Source of the DNA: Vitrella brassicaformis CCMP3155
Lineage: Eukaryota; Protista; Chromerida
Assembly: GCA_001179505.1 (NCBI GenBank)
Contig: CDMY01000306.1
Coordinates: 1-64,000 of the forward strand
Length of the DNA stretch: 64,000 nt
Reading direction: 5' to 3'
The notes beneath the pieces were generated by a model. It was given only the letters and a program-made list of their open reading frames with translations, had not been told where the DNA came from and made no database searches. Shown here piece after piece: positions 62,396 to 64,000 of the stretch; position 1 is the stretch's first letter, and each line of letters opens with the position of its first letter. The position numbers were made by a program, and so were the translations under genes.

Positions 62396-64000
62396 CAGGG
62401 TGTCTGTTCACGCAGCAGAACTTCCAGCTGCGTTTCCCCAGCGGCAGCGTCCTCTACATCTCCACGGCCGCATCGGCCAACCGACCGCCACTCCCCCATG
62501 ATGAGCCCCTCAAACAGGCAAACACACAGATGGTATTACCACACACAGAAAGACTCACCGACCTTCTCTCTTTCTAAGCTGTAGTTGCGTGCGTCACATG
62601 CAGATGCCTGAATTGCCCGCCCCAGCACCAGTACCAGCGCCAGCCGCAGCTCCAGCCCGGCGGCTCTCACGTCGAGAGGACCCCCACCCACTGGCCGACA
62701 ATAGCGAGTCCAAAGCCCACAATTTTAACTTTGGCGGTCAGTTGCCCCTGTCACGCACACACACACACATGGATGGACGGATGAATGGGTCTGTCTGTCT
62801 ATGTGTGTGCATGGGTATGTGCAGGTGGTGGTGGTGCGGACATGCCCGACGGCACTCAGCTCAACTTCGGTGGCGGCGGGGGACTCACTACCGTCGTCGA
62901 CGAGTCACAGCAGCCAGGAGGTAGGTACATGTCATGTGGAGTGGACTCACACTCATCCACTGCCCCGCCCCCCCAACGCACATACACCGTCTGAGTGGAT
63001 GTGATTGATGTGTGCAGCGATGGGTTGGCACAAGCGCAGCAGCAACCGGTTTTCGTCATTCAAATTCGGCGGCGGAGGGGGGGCTGTGCTGCCTGACGGT
63101 CAGACAGACAGACAGACAGCACAAATGGGCGTGTGGAGACATCTCTCTCTCTCTCCATGTGTGTGGTCAGGTACGGTCTTGAATTTCGGTGGTGGCGGCG
63201 GATTGCATGTGGGCAACGCGCGATTGAGCCGTTTCAGTGCCATCATAGAAGACGTCGAAAGAGCCCTGTGTGAGCATGATGAACACAGACAGACCCCAGG
63301 ACACAGACCCCCTCACACACACGACGTGACGTGACGTACACACTCCTACCTACACACTTTACTGCTTTGTCTGTGTGTGTCGTTCATGTCAGCTGCATCG
63401 ATCGACTGGTCCAAAATGAAAGTCGACTACGGTACGTGGGCAGTTGCCTCCCCACCACACGCTCTCACAGACCTCTGCACCAACACACACACACACCGTA
63501 TGTGTGCGTGTGTGTTTGTCCATCCATCGATCGCACACACACAGCCGCCCTTGCGAGTGGCGATGAGGCCAGCGGCACCGGCGACTTCAACTTCGGAGGC
63601 GGCGGGGGGGCCGAGATTCCTGACGGTATGTTCCATCCCATCCACACACACACACACACACACAATGGATGCGTTCGTGTGTATCATTCTTGTGCCTGTC
63701 TTCCTTAATGCAGGCACTGTGTTGAATTTCGGTGGCGGTGGCGGTCTTTCGACCAATGCTGAGACGCAGACAGTGGAAGGCCAGCAACAGCAACAGCAGC
63801 AGCAGGAGGGTGCGCGGAGAGAATGTGCCCATCCCATTTGTGTGTGTGTGGATGGGAGTACATGTGTGTGCAGCCACCATGGCTGAGCAGCTGTCATCCG
63901 AGCCGGAGGGGGGATGCTCCAAGGTCCACGTCATCCTGCCCATGAAAGGGGTACCGTACGCACGCATCCACCTCTCAAAAAGTGATGTGTCTATCGGTGT
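61350..64000 (+). CDS. Secreted hypothetical protein with repeated FGGGGG motifs, probably running off the window end
   Basis: Signal peptide MMWLLAALVLWCVAPVLSLA. Many short exons, three of whose modules read F-x-FGGGGGA-x-x-PDGT-x-LNFGGGGGL. Confidence 0.62.

Larger units (their letters stand above)
1..64000. repeat. Dispersed intronic/UTR microsatellites: (GT)n/(CA)n, (GTCT)n/(CAGA)n, (ATCC)n/(GGAT)n, (CT)n
   Basis: Present in most introns, for example 760-781, 4690-4720, 13820-13848, 41620-41670 and 57420-57485. Confidence 0.95.

Noticed and set aside
62600-63800. FG motifs as a nucleoporin FG-repeat region
   Set aside because: The protein has a signal peptide, and the FG units sit in a fixed 24-aa motif rather than dispersed FxFG/GLFG repeats in a polar spacer.
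1-64000. CRISPR arrays, transposases/retroelements, rRNA or tRNA genes, prokaryotic operon-like systems
   Set aside because: No repeat-spacer arrays, RT/integrase/DDE motifs or structural RNA signatures were seen, and the DNA is clearly eukaryotic with spliceosomal introns.

Overview
Eukaryotic, GC-rich, intron-dense genomic DNA with about 20 protein-coding genes. The short introns are full of (GT)n, (GTCT)n and (ATCC)n microsatellites. The gene content (flagellar genes, thrombospondin-repeat proteins, a bipartite-targeted RF2) and intron style suggest a chromerid alveolate such as Vitrella; this is an inference, not verified. Recognisable genes: Bin3/MEPCE methyltransferase, DEAD-box helicase, kintoun/DNAAF2, organellar release factor 2, ATP10, otubain, cytosolic carboxypeptidase 5, an EF-hand protein and a secreted beta-lactamase-fold serine hydrolase. 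The most unusual content is: (1) two paralogous TSR membrane proteins that begin with an N-myristoylation motif (MGGGGS) instead of a signal peptide and flank the hydrolase; (2) a protein of roughly 4,000 aa with N-terminal LRRs, a huge disordered repeat-containing middle and a degenerate PARP/ART-like C-terminal domain; (3) a secreted protein with a triplicated FGGGGG..PDGT..NFGGGGGL motif; (4) a DUF4359-like/rhomboid fusion lacking the catalytic Ser. Eight gene pairs are arranged head-to-head with short spacers. There are two 300-N assembly gaps. No rRNA, tRNA, CRISPR array or transposase was recognised. Exon structures were assembled by eye from GT-AG sites, so boundaries are approximate.
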